Shown one piece after another: positions 20,561 to 32,422 of a DNA stretch of 64,000 nt. Positions within the stretch are counted from its first letter, which is position 1; each line of letters begins with the position of its first letter. The stretch spans positions 32,001-96,000 of the IMG/VR virus record IMGVR_UViG_3300021254_000026; one strand, written 5' to 3'. The DNA is from a virus. Taxonomy: Duplodnaviria > Caudoviricetes. Below the pieces are notes generated by a model that worked only from the letters and a program-made list of their open reading frames with translations, did not search any database and was not told where the DNA came from. Made by a program: the position numbers and the translations under genes.

Positions 20561-20633
20561 GCAGATATAGCTCAATTGGTAGAGTGCAAGTTTTCCAAAC
20601 TTGAAGTTGCGGGATCGTACCCCGTTATCTGCT
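20561..20633 (+). tRNA. tRNA-Gly(UCC)
   Basis: Cloverleaf GCAGATA...CAAGT-TTTCCAA-ACTTG...TATCTGC-T; atypical T loop ATCGTAC. Confidence 0.88.
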
Positions 20634-20683
20634 CAAAAAGTTCCTCCAAGATACTTTTAATAAACTTTAAATTTATTTAACGT

Positions 20684-20995
20684 ATGAAAAGAATTTTAAT
20701 TTTATTAACAAGTTTAATTGTTGGATTATCTGTTTATTCTGTAGAAGGATTTGATACTCTTAATGTTGATGTTCCTTGTAACATTAAAATCTTTAAAACA
20801 GATGGATATTTAGTAAGAGTATTAAATAAAAACGGAAAGCCGAGTAAAAATGTTACTTGGGAAATCAAAGATAGTGTTTTACAAATTAAAGGATCTGGTG
20901 AAGATGCAAATGAAACTACCGTAGTTGTATTTGCTCCAAATGATCAAAAAATATTGATAGACACTAAAAAGTACGATTTAAAAGAGACAGAGTAA
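20684..20995 (+). CDS. Secreted GIN-domain (DUF2807-like) protein
   Basis: Signal peptide; FDTLNVDVPCNIKI...WEIKDSVLQI. Confidence 0.55.
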   Translation: MKRILILLTSLIVGLSVYSVEGFDTLNVDVPCNIKIFKTDGYLVRVLNKNGKPSKNVTWEIKDSVLQIKGSGEDANETTVVVFAPNDQKILIDTKKYDLKETE

Positions 20996-21073
20996 TTTAA
21001 CAATTAATGCAGGAAAGGGAATTTGCCCTTTCCTATTGAGAGAGGAAAAGATAATTATTTTTAACTTAAAATT

Positions 21074-21241
21074 ATGATTATGAAGAAATTATTATTTGTA
21101 TTTGCTGCTTTTGTAGCTATTTGTTTTGCTAGTTGTACTACTAAATGTACTTGTGACAATCAATCCGAAGAAGATACTACAGTTGTAGATACTGCAGTTA
21201 TGGATACTTTAAGTGTAGATTCTTGTGAGGAAGTATGTTAA
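21074..21241 (+). CDS. Small lipoprotein
   Basis: MKKLLFVFAAFVAICFASC lipobox, acidic tail. Confidence 0.75.
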   Translation: MIMKKLLFVFAAFVAICFASCTTKCTCDNQSEEDTTVVDTAVMDTLSVDSCEEVC

Positions 21242-21458
21242 ATGGTTAACTGAGAGTAACCGATAGAAACATCTATTGTATGCAATTCCAGCATCGTTTA
21301 TTGGTACATTTCTATTTGGAGCAGGATTAGCTTGTGGAATGGAATTTAAAGATAAACAATATGGTAATAAATGGGATTGGTTAGATTTATCTGCAACCTT
21401 AATAGGATCTGGAATTGGATAGGCTTTACAATTATTATTAATCTGGATTATTAAATAA
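21225..21458 (+). CDS. Small membrane protein, TAG-recoded (2 TAG)
   Basis: WLTESNR(Q)KHLLYAIP...MEFKDKQYGNKWDWLDL...GIG(Q)ALQ; start uncertain (GTG). Confidence 0.75.
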
Positions 21459-21703
21459 TGGACGAAAAAATTAGTTATGAAGAACTCGAAAACAGAAATA
21501 ATTTTCTTTTGAAAAGGGTTCGAGATTTACAGGATCAACTGTCTCAAATTTCTAATTTAAATAATACTTTATATTGGTTATTTAAAGCGGTTGAAAATAA
21601 GGAAATTTTTGATAAGGATTTCATAATTAAAATAAAGAATCATTTGCAAAATATACTTACTCCTCCAGAAAATGAAATATTAGAAAATAAAGAACAAGTG
21701 TAA
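21458..21703 (+). CDS. Hypothetical coiled-coil protein
   Basis: 81 aa ORF. Confidence 0.7.
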   Translation: MDEKISYEELENRNNFLLKRVRDLQDQLSQISNLNNTLYWLFKAVENKEIFDKDFIIKIKNHLQNILTPPENEILENKEQV

Positions 21704-21863
21704 AAAAGAAGGTAAGTAGGCAATTCTTCCTGGATGGAAAGGTTATTTTAAATGGGACTATAGTTCAAATTAGTTTATATTTTATAATGGAAAATATAGA
21801 TTAAATGAATGTTAGTTAAATGAAAAAGTATCACACAGAGATGATTTTATATTGATAATATGA
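21672..21863 (+). CDS. Small protein, TAG-recoded (4 TAG)
   Basis: MKY(Q)KIK...LPGWKGYFKWDY...; fills the gap and overlaps the RNase H start by ATGA. Confidence 0.7.
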
Positions 21864-22264
21864 TTATATATACGGATGGTTCTTGTAGAGCTAATGGAAT
21901 AGGCGGAGTAGGGATAGTGTGGATTAAAGATAATAAAATAGTTAAAGAATACTCTAGAAGATTTGAGAAAGCAACTAATAATACAATGGAGTTAACGGCT
22001 ATTTATATAGCATTATTATCTATTAAAAAACCAATTGAATCTTTAGAAATAATTACAGATTCACAGTATTCTATCGGAGTGTTAACAAATCCTTCTTGGA
22101 ATCCAAAAAAGAACATCGGGTTAATTAGTAAAATAAAAAATCAAATTAAAAAAACTCAAACTTTGGTAGAATTTCCAATAATATTTTCACATACAAAAGG
22201 ACATTCTACTGATCAATTTAATAACAAATGTGATTTATTAGCAACACAAGCGAGTAGTTTATGA
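21860..22264 (+). CDS. rnhA: Ribonuclease HI
   Basis: IYTDGSC, TNNTMEL, ITDSQY, HTKGH, NNKCDLLA. Confidence 0.93.
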   Translation: MIIYTDGSCRANGIGGVGIVWIKDNKIVKEYSRRFEKATNNTMELTAIYIALLSIKKPIESLEIITDSQYSIGVLTNPSWNPKKNIGLISKIKNQIKKTQTLVEFPIIFSHTKGHSTDQFNNKCDLLATQASSL

Positions 22265-22886
22265 CTAAAAGAGAGTTATTTAAAGAAGTAAATGTTAAAT
22301 GTTTAGAACTCCAAAGTAAGTATCGTATTAATTGGGGAGGATGTTGTTATGTAGCAGCGGTTTTAGCTGAATTATTAACCAAATATGATATTCCGTATCA
22401 AGTAGTTTATTTTGCTGATGGAGGATGTCATTATGCTATTAGAGTATGTGATAGGTATCTAAATCGGGATGAATTTAATAAACATTATATTTATTATGAA
22501 TATAACGCTAATTATGAATCGTTATATAAAGAATATTATAATGGAGATTGGAATGATGTGTATGATACAAAGTACAATGGAATTGTAAAAATTTCTTTAA
22601 TGAGAATATTTAATAAATATGGAAAGAGAAGAAATCGTCGAAAGACTCAATAAAAGTTTTCAGAATAATACATTAAACGCTGATGAGTATCTTCCGTTAC
22701 TTACTGAATTTTTAGAGTGTGAGCATAAAGATAAAGTTGATAAAATTATTCAATTAGTTTTATATCAACCTTTGCTTTTAGGACAAACTATATTAAAAGT
22801 AAAAGAATATTTTATAAATAAATATGAAATATTTACATTAAGTAAGATTATTAATAATCAATATATTAATTTATGTTTTTATTAAA

Positions 22887-23111
22887 ATGAAAAAATTATT
22901 CTTATTATTTGGAATTATATTGTTATTATCTTCTTGTGATTCTGTAACAACTGTTTCTAATCCATATTATGATACTAATAGAATTGTAATTTATCAAAGT
23001 CCTTATTACTATTGGACTAGACCTTATGTAAGAATTACTCCTCCACCTAGAATATATTATAGTCATCCAAATTATCATAGAAGACATCATTATCATGGTG
23101 GAAGACGATAA
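22887..23111 (+). CDS. Small lipoprotein
   Basis: LLLSSC lipobox; Pro/His/Arg-rich tail. Confidence 0.7.
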   Translation: MKKLFLLFGIILLLSSCDSVTTVSNPYYDTNRIVIYQSPYYYWTRPYVRITPPPRIYYSHPNYHRRHHYHGGRR

Positions 23112-23527
23112 AATTATAAATTATGAAAGCTAAACATAGAAGAAAGAATCTGGAATTAAAACAAAAGTGGTTTGATGCACTTCCTAACAATGTTAAAAAT
23201 ACAATGACTAGACCTGGATCTGTTAAAAAGAGCTAATATGGAAGAAAACGAAAAATCAGATTTTAGAATACAAGAAGAAGATTTCATAATGGAACCAGTT
23301 AAAGAAGGATCTTCCTTCTTTAATTTGGTTTTTATGAAAAAGACTAAAAAAAGAAATACGGGTGAAATTGTAATTGAACCCGGAAAACCGATGTATGGAT
23401 TACCATTGCATGCAGCATTGTTAAGAATTGTACATCATAAAACTTCTAAAAAACTTCAAGGAAGAACTGTACAGCTAAAAGAATTTTTGGTTGAGTTTCA
23501 AAAAGAATTTAAAGAAATGATAGAACT

Positions 23528-24104
23528 ATGTCACGAAACTTTACCAGAACGATTGAAATATCAATAATCATAATTCTTTTAGTAGTAGAGTTCTTTTTTG
23601 TTAAGAGTTTATATTATAAATCAGATAATACGGATATACTCATTAGAAAAATAGATAAATTAGAAAAACAGTTAAATGTTTTATCTAATAAGAAAGATAG
23701 TATTAGAATTGTTATAGATACTATCAACAACGAAATAGTTCGTAACAATTACTACTATGAAAAAACTAATGATATTATTATTTCTCAACCTAGTGATTCA
23801 GATGCCGCTTTTGTCAGATACTATATCAGTAGATTCTGTGAAAGCCACGGCTATAATCTTCAATGATCATGCTAGATTAGAGAAAGAAAATTCTCTTTTG
23901 CTGAGAAAAATTGGATCTTTAGAAGATCTAAATAAACTTTACGTTCAATCTGATTCTATTAAAGATTCCGAAATAGAATTATATAAAGAAAAATCAAATA
24001 AAGATGAACGTAAAATTACGAGACTGAAAAAATCCAGAAAATTAATCGGAATCGGTTCTGGAATTGGTGGAATTTTATTATTTATTTTAGGTATATTGAT
24101 ATGA
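23528..24104 (+). CDS. Overlapping membrane coiled-coil gene pair (23528-23866, 23757-24104), spanin-like
   Basis: First: N-terminal TM + coiled coil; second: signal-like N terminus, coiled coil, C-terminal TM; 110-nt overlap. Confidence 0.45.
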
Positions 24105-24735
24105 AACAGCAATATAATCTTTATTATGGAACAGTGGATGGTCCACTTAAGGTTAAGTATAGAGTAACAAGAAGCTTTAATGATGATATTTCTGCTAAAA
24201 ATGCAGCATTTGAAGAAGCTACTAACCTTTATTATAAGAATGAAGGAACATCAGGATTACCTGGATATTCGATTATTCAAAAAGAATCAGAGGTTACGGG
24301 AATAAATATCTTGAAACTTTATAAGGAACATGTAGAAGATTTAATGATGTGGTTTGCAGTGCCTACTGTTCTAGATACAGTAAGTAATAAGAAATTGAAA
24401 TTTAGTTAATGACTACAATACATGCTCAATTGGTTGCATTTGAACAAGATTTGTTAAATTATATAACGTATGTATTTAAAAATCTTGATAATGCTCCATT
24501 TGGACATAATTATATAATGTGTAAAAGATTTCCAAATTGGCAATCTGGACCCATTAATTTAGGAGATTCTGGTTTTTTAACATATGATGTTGTAGAATCC
24601 GGAAGAGATACATGGTATGACAAAAATACAGGTCAGAATATTCCATACAATTATTCTGATATTATATTTATAAGTTTTACTAAAGACAAAAATATAGATA
24701 CTTCAAAAGAAATTATATTATGATTAAGATTTTAT

Positions 24736-25623
24736 ATGAATACTACATTAGGTGATGCGTTAACTAAGGCTTTAGATAATAAGAAACCAGATTATTCTCA
24801 ATTTAAATGGAAGGGACCAAAGGTAAGAGAAGGAGATAAAACAGTTCAAGAAACAGTTAAACTTGTTGATGCAAATCCAGCACAATTAATTACCTGGTAT
24901 AATCATTGTGAAAAAATGTTAAATAATGAGGATCCTAGGAATCCTGGAAGATACAATGTGTTTGAACAAGTAAAGGATGAAATGTATAAGTGTAATATTG
25001 AACTATTGATTCGATATTTTAAGAATGCTTATTTGTCTGGTTCTAGACCTTCTATTGAGAGATCTGAACTTGTTCCTATGTTATTTTCACTTCAGCACAA
25101 CAATCCTGAAATTGAAGATTGGAGTAAGGTTAAAATGAATCAGATAAATGCTATGGAATCTTATATTCCTGGTGGAATTCCTGATGAATTTGCAAATATA
25201 TCTGTAACAGATCTTATGTCTGGTTGTACTAATAGTCTTGGTTCATTTGATAAAAGTCATTTAACAATGACATTTATTGTAAAAATGGGTTTATGGATTA
25301 CTAAGTCAGAGGAAAATGAACTTAAGGGTAACGATAATTCTAATGGTGAAAGATTGAGAGTTGCTAAAGAAAGACTACATATTCCTGCTAAATTGAATTT
25401 GAAATTTAGTGATAAAGGACTATCGTTTCATGAAATGCGAGCAATTTTGACACTTCCTAAACGTCAAAGATATTCAGACATGACTACTGAACAATTAATA
25501 ACTTTAAGAAATTTAGTATTGCCTAGATATTTGAAGGAAGTAGACAATCACATCTATTCGTGGAAGCAACTGAAAAGACAAATAGAACTTGTTGCTAAAA
25601 GTAAAAATATAAAGTTATCATGA
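24736..25623 (+). CDS. Hypothetical protein
   Basis: 295 aa ORF directly upstream of the helicase. Confidence 0.75.
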   Translation: MNTTLGDALTKALDNKKPDYSQFKWKGPKVREGDKTVQETVKLVDANPAQLITWYNHCEKMLNNEDPRNPGRYNVFEQVKDEMYKCNIELLIRYFKNAYLSGSRPSIERSELVPMLFSLQHNNPEIEDWSKVKMNQINAMESYIPGGIPDEFANISVTDLMSGCTNSLGSFDKSHLTMTFIVKMGLWITKSEENELKGNDNSNGERLRVAKERLHIPAKLNLKFSDKGLSFHEMRAILTLPKRQRYSDMTTEQLITLRNLVLPRYLKEVDNHIYSWKQLKRQIELVAKSKNIKLS

Positions 25624-26879
25624 CAAGAACTGAACGACAACAAGAAGCTATAAGAAGATGGTTAAAATCTAAAGGCAAAGGAACAATAGAAATGCCTACG
25701 GGGGTTGGTAAAACTAGGACAGCTATAATGACTGTTAAAAAAGTATTAGAGAAATATCCAAATCTTAGAATTCTTGTTGTCGTTCCTACTACTACTTTAA
25801 AAGAACAATGGGAAAGTCAATTAACTGATTGGGATATAATATTTAATGCAGAAGTTCAAGTAATTAATTCTGTAATTAAACATAATTGGACTTGTGATTT
25901 TTTAATTTTAGATGAAGTGCATCGTTATAGTGCTGAAACATTCTCAGAAGTATTTCAAAAAGTTAAATATAAACTTATAATGGGTTTAACTGCTACTTTT
26001 GAAAGGTTAGATGGAAAACATGTAATTATTGAAAAATTTTGTCCGATTGTTGATAAAGTTTCTAAAGAAGAAGCAATTATTAATGGTTGGATTTCAGAGT
26101 ATAAAGAATATCAAGTACTTTTAAATGTAGATGATATTGAATATTACAAACAGTTAAATAAAGAATTTGTTAAATATTTTGAATTTTTTGGTTTTGATTT
26201 CAAAAAAGCGATGGATTGCCTTGGTCCTAATGGATGGCAAAATAAGTTAAGACTTCGTGATGAAATTTATCAAGGTAATGATGAATCTGAAAGAAAGAAA
26301 ATCCTTCAATTAATTACTATAAACGCTATGGGTCTTCAAAGAACTATGGCACAAAGAAAAGCATTCATTAATAATCATCCAAAAAAGATTGAAATTGCTA
26401 GAAAAATCATGGAAGCTCGACCTAATTCGAAAATTATAACATTTAGTAAAAGTGTTAAAATGGCTGAAGCCTTAGAAAACGGACAGAATGTATATACTGG
26501 AAAAATTTCTAAGAAAAAAGGTAGAGTAATGATTGAAGATTTTAATGATGTTGATGTAGGACATTTACATACATGCAGTAAGGCTGATGAAGGCCTCGAT
26601 TGTAAAGGCTTATCAGTAGCTATAATACTTGGATTTGATAGTAGTGAAACTAAAGCTAGACAAAGAAGAGGTCGAGCAATTCGTAAAGAAGGAGATAAAC
26701 AAGCTGAAATATTTTATCTTGTTATTAACGATACTCAAGAATTATCTTGGTTTAAAAACTCACACAAATCTGATTCAGATTATTTAACAATTGATGAACA
26801 TGGACTTGAACAAGTTCTTAATGGAGAAGTTCCTGATTTATATATGAAAAAACAAGCACAATTTACTTTTAGATTTTAA
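25620..26879 (+). CDS. Superfamily II (DEAH-type) helicase
   Basis: PTGVGKT, LDEVH, LTAT, EGLD, QRRGR. Confidence 0.93.
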   Translation: MTRTERQQEAIRRWLKSKGKGTIEMPTGVGKTRTAIMTVKKVLEKYPNLRILVVVPTTTLKEQWESQLTDWDIIFNAEVQVINSVIKHNWTCDFLILDEVHRYSAETFSEVFQKVKYKLIMGLTATFERLDGKHVIIEKFCPIVDKVSKEEAIINGWISEYKEYQVLLNVDDIEYYKQLNKEFVKYFEFFGFDFKKAMDCLGPNGWQNKLRLRDEIYQGNDESERKKILQLITINAMGLQRTMAQRKAFINNHPKKIEIARKIMEARPNSKIITFSKSVKMAEALENGQNVYTGKISKKKGRVMIEDFNDVDVGHLHTCSKADEGLDCKGLSVAIILGFDSSETKARQRRGRAIRKEGDKQAEIFYLVINDTQELSWFKNSHKSDSDYLTIDEHGLEQVLNGEVPDLYMKKQAQFTFRF

Positions 26880-27121
26880 GATTATGACGATTGAAAGAAT
26901 GCTAAGATTTTTAGTTCTTAGAGGAATCAATAATGATATGGTTGAAAGTAATAAATTTTCAAAATATATAAAAACACATTATGATTCTAATAGACTTCTT
27001 AAAGATTATGAAACTCTTGGAACTGAATTTTTACAAGAATATGCTTTAGAAACACCTCGAAAGAGTGAATAAATTAAATGCAGTTGGAGATATTTAATTT
27101 AAATATTGAAAACTGATACGA

Positions 27122-27724
27122 GTGGAAAAATTTGAGACAACAATAGAAAATACGTTAGCTCTGCTGGAGAAATATAATATTACTCCAACAGAGCTATTTG
27201 TAATTAAATTAATTTTATTAATTAAAGAGGAAGGAGAATATGAACCTTTACAAAGATATGCTTCTATATTTAATATAAGAGAAACTTTAGAATCTTTAAG
27301 AAATAAAGAAATTATTTTGAAAAGTTATAAAATTCCTAATTCTGGAGAAAAGTTTGAACCAGAAAGAGTAGAATTTAATAAGAACTTTATAAAACAATTC
27401 TTTAGAGCATCTTTTGAAATGGGAAAAGAACTATTTGATGTGTATCCACAAACTACTATAGTTAATGGGTCAGTCTATAATTTACGTAGAATATCAAAAA
27501 AATTTGATTCTTTAGAAGATGCATTTCTTAAATATGCTAAATATATAAATAATTCTCCAGAACAACACAATCAAATTATAGAACTGGTTAAGTGGGGTAT
27601 AGACAACGGATATAACTTTACTACACTTGATGACTTTATTTGTGACAATGCTTGGTTAGCTATTGAAGCAATTAAAAATGGAGAAGCAATTAATATAAAT
27701 ACTAATGCAATTAAAATGATATGA
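27122..27724 (+). CDS. Putative replication-initiator-like protein
   Basis: 200 aa ORF between helicases; function inferred from position. Confidence 0.45.
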   Translation: MEKFETTIENTLALLEKYNITPTELFVIKLILLIKEEGEYEPLQRYASIFNIRETLESLRNKEIILKSYKIPNSGEKFEPERVEFNKNFIKQFFRASFEMGKELFDVYPQTTIVNGSVYNLRRISKKFDSLEDAFLKYAKYINNSPEQHNQIIELVKWGIDNGYNFTTLDDFICDNAWLAIEAIKNGEAININTNAIKMI

Positions 27725-28883
27725 AGAAATATTTAGTACGATTTACCACAAAAGGTGGTGATTATGATAAAGAGTGGTGTTATGCTAATTCTGAACAAGA
27801 AGCAGCTGATGAGATAGAACACGAGCATTGGAATATTGCTCATATTGATTTAGTAGAGAAAATATATGATTGAGAATGTAGAATTAAAAATTACTCCTGA
27901 GTTTTCTAATTATTTAAAATTTTGCGAAACAAATCCTACGGAAGAAGAAAAAATTAAATACTTATTAAAGAATTATGGAGTTAATAGAAGCTAAAGAAAA
28001 ATTTAAGGATTTATTAATGAGTTTGGATAAACCTCCTACTTTATATGAAGATTCTAAAGGAAATATATATTTAAGAATAGGAGAAAATCAGAATTTGAAA
28101 GTTTAAGTAAATTTAAATAATATTTTATGAGAGATAATAGATGTCCGTATATTGGTTCGTGTAGCCTTTGTCCATATTTAGAGAATTGTCCTTGCATAGA
28201 TGAAGAATTTAAATATTATTTTTATAGACTAAATCGTAGAAATAGTACTTATAAGGAAATCTCACATAGCAACAATTATGTAGAAATTATGAAATCTGTA
28301 AGTATTTATTTATCTGATAAGAAACATTTAAGAAAAAATTTACAGTTAGTAGTTACGTTAAATGGACCTTGTTCTTGGAATAATTCAATAAGAATAGATT
28401 ATGAATCAACAAGAATTAATTAATAAAATTTATCACGAGTTTGCTGATAGATTTTATGAACTTAGTAAATATAGTTTAAATGAACCTATAACATTACATT
28501 ATTCTGTAGGAGATATAATATTGTGTTTCAAACCATATCGTGATGAATGTTATGGAGAAGACTATGATGATTGGGGTGTTGGTCCTGATATTGGTGATTT
28601 AGACGATGCGATGGGATGATATATTATGATGAAATTGCAGAATTAGCATGTTTAATGTTACATGTTAATTATAATGAATTATTAGATCAAGGATATGATG
28701 AATCTTATATAGATGATATGTTTTATGAGGAATATAATATAACTTTAGAAGATTTTGAACATATTCTTAAAGACTTAATAAAATTTACTCCAACTTGGAA
28801 ATCCCCTTTAACAGATGAAATATATCAAGGATTTGTTGTTAACGAAGGAGAAAGTTTGTGGAGATCTGTAATTAGAGAAAAGT

Positions 28884-29972
28884 ATGACGATAACTGAATC
28901 TCTTTTAAAAGAAATTGAGTTAGGTAGAGAAGGAAAGTCCCAGGGATATTCTATGGGTTTACCAAAACTAGAATCTATAATTGATGGAGTTACTAAAGGA
29001 ACTATGACTATTATAGGAAGTAATACCGGTAGTGGTAAATCCAGTTTTGTTTTATATGCATATGTCTATCGTCCATTAATGGAACATTTGGAAGATGATA
29101 ATTTTAAAGTGTTTTATGCCTCATTAGAGATGAATGCTAATATGCTTTTTGCTAAATTATTATCTACTTATATCTTTGAACATTATGGGAAAGAATTAAC
29201 AATTAAAGAAATATTATCAAGAAAACGAAATTATCGTTTAAGTGATGAAGATTTTAAAATTGTTTTGGAAGGACTTGAATGGTTAAAGAAAGTAGAAACT
29301 AAAGTAGAAGTATATGATAAATCTTTAACAGCTAAACAACTATATGCAATTCTGTTAAAGAGATTAGAATCATTAGGTGTATTTGAAGAATCTGAGAATA
29401 GAAAAATTTTTAAACCTTATAATCCAGACTTGATTTATGAAGTAGTATTAGATCATGTCGGAATTCTAAAACCAGATGGTGGAACTAAAAAACAAGAAAT
29501 AGATAAAACTATTGCTTGGTTAATTACGCTTAGAAATATGTGTGGAATAAGTCCCACTATTGTTCAGCAAATTAATAGAGATCAAGGAAATATAGAACGA
29601 TTTAAAGCTGGACGCACTCAAATTACTTTAAATGATTTTAAAGAATCTAGTGATACTACTGATGGTGCGGAAATAGTAATAGCATTATATAACCCAAATC
29701 GAGATAAGCTTGCTACTTATAGAGGTTATGATGTAAAGAAATTAGGTGATTTATTTAGAGTTATAACTGTACTTAAATCCCGATATGGAACATCTGACGT
29801 AGAAATTGGAACAAATTTCTTAGGTATGGTTAATATCTGGAAGGAACTTCCGCTTCCTAATGAAATATATGATTATGATAAATACTTAACCCCAGATTAT
29901 ATTTTGGAGAAAGGAGATAATAATGAAAATGTAGATGATTTAAATGAAACGAAATTTAATTTTATATTATGA
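28884..29972 (+). CDS. DnaB-like replicative helicase
   Basis: GSNTGSGKS, SLEM, VLDH, QQINR, KSRYG. Confidence 0.88.
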   Translation: MTITESLLKEIELGREGKSQGYSMGLPKLESIIDGVTKGTMTIIGSNTGSGKSSFVLYAYVYRPLMEHLEDDNFKVFYASLEMNANMLFAKLLSTYIFEHYGKELTIKEILSRKRNYRLSDEDFKIVLEGLEWLKKVETKVEVYDKSLTAKQLYAILLKRLESLGVFEESENRKIFKPYNPDLIYEVVLDHVGILKPDGGTKKQEIDKTIAWLITLRNMCGISPTIVQQINRDQGNIERFKAGRTQITLNDFKESSDTTDGAEIVIALYNPNRDKLATYRGYDVKKLGDLFRVITVLKSRYGTSDVEIGTNFLGMVNIWKELPLPNEIYDYDKYLTPDYILEKGDNNENVDDLNETKFNFIL

Positions 29973-31871
29973 GTTCACTTGTAAGTCTTTGCGGGCTTTC
30001 TAATAGTGGTAAGAGTACTAGTTTAAGATACCTTAACCCTTCAGAAACATTTATTATTAGTTGTACTAATAAACAACTACAAATTCCAGGTTTTAGAAAA
30101 AAATATCCCAAAGCCACGATAGAAGATAAAAAATTAGTTGGAAATTGGTTAGTAAGTAATAATTATGCAACCATTACTAAAATACTTAATGCTGTGTCCA
30201 AAACTAGGCCAGAGATTAAAGTAGTGGTCTTAGATGATACTAATTATCTTCTATCGAATGAGACTTTTCAAAATGCTCTTGTAAAAGGATATGAGAAATT
30301 TTCTGTTCTTGCAAAGAACTATTATGATCTAATTCAAACTTGTCAAGAGTTAAGGGATGATATAACAGTAGTATTTATTTCACATATTGAGAATGTTGGA
30401 ACTGACATTGATCCAGAATATCGTATGTGGACGACTGGTAATTAATTTTGCCTGTATTACCCCTAATTCGGTGAACCCTAAACTTATTTATAAGCATGGG
30501 AATACCGAGCCAAGCAGAATAATATATTCGGGCGCGTGTAACGACTAGTTCCGTATCGGGAACGTAAAATAAAGATGATACCTTTATTTGAAATGGGGAT
30601 GTTATAAAATGTTAAAAATTTTGATGTTGTCAAAAAAGTAAATATTATTAATACATAATAAAAATTTAATATTATGTATGAAGTAAAAATTTACACACTT
30701 TCATCGAATAGAAATATAAATGATATTCGATATGTTGGAAAGACAACTCAAAAATTAAAACGTAGACTCCAAGGACATTTATGTGATGCTAGAAAATCTA
30801 AAAAGGAACATAAAAATAATTATGTTCACAATTGGATAAATGAAGAAATAAATGCTGGATACGAGATTGTAATAGAAGAAATTGATTCTATGATATTTGA
30901 AAACAAAGATAATTGGAAATGGTTAGAACGTTATTGGATTTCTCAAATGAAAATTTGGGGATTTAATTTAACAAATTATACCGAAGGAGGAGAAGATAAT
31001 TATCTTCCTAATCCAACACAAGAAACTATTAGAAAAAGAGCTAATAAAATCATAGGAATAGAAAGAGATTTAGAAACAAAACAAAAAATTTCAAAAAGTT
31101 TAAAAGGAATAAAAAGATCTGAGGAAACTAAAGAAAAAGTTAGAAAAAGTATAATAGATCTTCAAGGTAGATCCATACAACAATTTGATAAAAATGGAAA
31201 ATTTATTAAAGAATGGGAAGGTTGTGCTACAGCAGCAAGAGAATTGAACTTAGATAAATCTAATATAAATTCTGTTTGTAGAGGAAAACGTAAAACTTGC
31301 GGAGGATTTATTTGGATGTATACTGATGATAACTTAGAGATTGATAAAAGTAATTACATTGTTCAACTAGATTTAGATGGTAATTTTATCGCAGAATATT
31401 CTTCAGCTGCTGAAGCTGAAAGAATATTAAAAATAAACGCGAATCTCATTAGAAGAACTTGTAAAAAAATTCAACCTCAAACTTATAATTTTGTTTTTAA
31501 ATTTTATAAAGACTATTACAATAATTAATTATCATTTTATAATGAATATTTAGTCTCAACTATAAAGAAATTTATAGAGAAATATAATTGGAATTAGTTT
31601 AATCACCTAATTTATTTAAACAATTGTATTCAAGATTTTGAAAATGTTAACTCAAGCTATTAATCTTGATGGACTTTTTTCATACACTATTTATGCTGAA
31701 AGATATATCGATGATCAAGATGATGAAGTAAAATATAGGTTCAGAACAAGAACTAATGGAAACGATACTTGTCGTTCTGTAGAAGGATGTTTTGCAGAAA
31801 AATATATTGAACCAAATATGCAATTGGTAATAGATACTATTAATAAATTTGAAGAAGGCGAAAACGAATGA
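29969..31871 (+). CDS. AAA ATPase (Sak4/AAA_24-like), spliced: exons 29969-30439 and 31641-31871
   Basis: GLSNSGKST, VLDD; splicing restores WTTG|KMLTQAINLDGLF. Confidence 0.88.
30440..31640 (+). mobile_element. Group I intron in the AAA ATPase gene
   Basis: P1 GGT|A...TGCC with U.G pair; AATTCGGTGAA, AATACCGAGCC, GTAACGACTA, TTAGTCT core elements; terminal G at 31640. Confidence 0.9.
30674..31528 (+). CDS. Intron-encoded GIY-YIG homing endonuclease with NUMOD repeats
   Basis: KIYTL...RYVGKT, RRLQGH, NLTN..EGG, NUMOD3/NUMOD1-like repeats. Confidence 0.88.
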   Translation: MYEVKIYTLSSNRNINDIRYVGKTTQKLKRRLQGHLCDARKSKKEHKNNYVHNWINEEINAGYEIVIEEIDSMIFENKDNWKWLERYWISQMKIWGFNLTNYTEGGEDNYLPNPTQETIRKRANKIIGIERDLETKQKISKSLKGIKRSEETKEKVRKSIIDLQGRSIQQFDKNGKFIKEWEGCATAARELNLDKSNINSVCRGKRKTCGGFIWMYTDDNLEIDKSNYIVQLDLDGNFIAEYSSAAEAERILKINANLIRRTCKKIQPQTYNFVFKFYKDYYNN

Positions 31872-32422
31872 GTTGGAAAGTAAATTCTATTAAAGTAACT
31901 TATGAACTTGTTGATGAAACAACAGGTGAGATTATTACAGAAACAAGAGAACTTGGTGAAGGAACTGTAAAGAAACCTAGAGCTTCTAGAAGTAAAAAGA
32001 ATGAAGACACAGATCCTACACCTAAAGCTATATTACTTGATAATAAAATTCAGCTTAATAATGCAGCAGTAGAATTGACTGGTTTTCAAGCTGACGACAA
32101 AATTAATGTAAAATATGAAAAGAAGGGGAGAATAACTACTCCTGTAATGTTGTTAGATGAAAAAGAAGGTAACAGACTTACAAAAACAAACACAATATCT
32201 TGCAGAGGATCTAAACGAGAAGAGTTACTCAAGTTTGGAGACACCTTTATTGTTGAGGAACATCCTAGTGTAGTAGGAACTTTTATATTAAAAGGAAATG
32301 TCGAAATTGAAGATGATATTGTAGATATTCCAGAAGAAATTGCTTCTGATGATGAAATAGATGATTCACTTGATGACATCAATGATGATGTTAATCTTGA
32401 CACTTTTAAATTTGAATTTTAA
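31868..32422 (+). CDS. Hypothetical protein with acidic C-terminal tail
   Basis: 184 aa; D/E-rich end. Confidence 0.7.
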   Translation: MSWKVNSIKVTYELVDETTGEIITETRELGEGTVKKPRASRSKKNEDTDPTPKAILLDNKIQLNNAAVELTGFQADDKINVKYEKKGRITTPVMLLDEKEGNRLTKTNTISCRGSKREELLKFGDTFIVEEHPSVVGTFILKGNVEIEDDIVDIPEEIASDDEIDDSLDDINDDVNLDTFKFEF

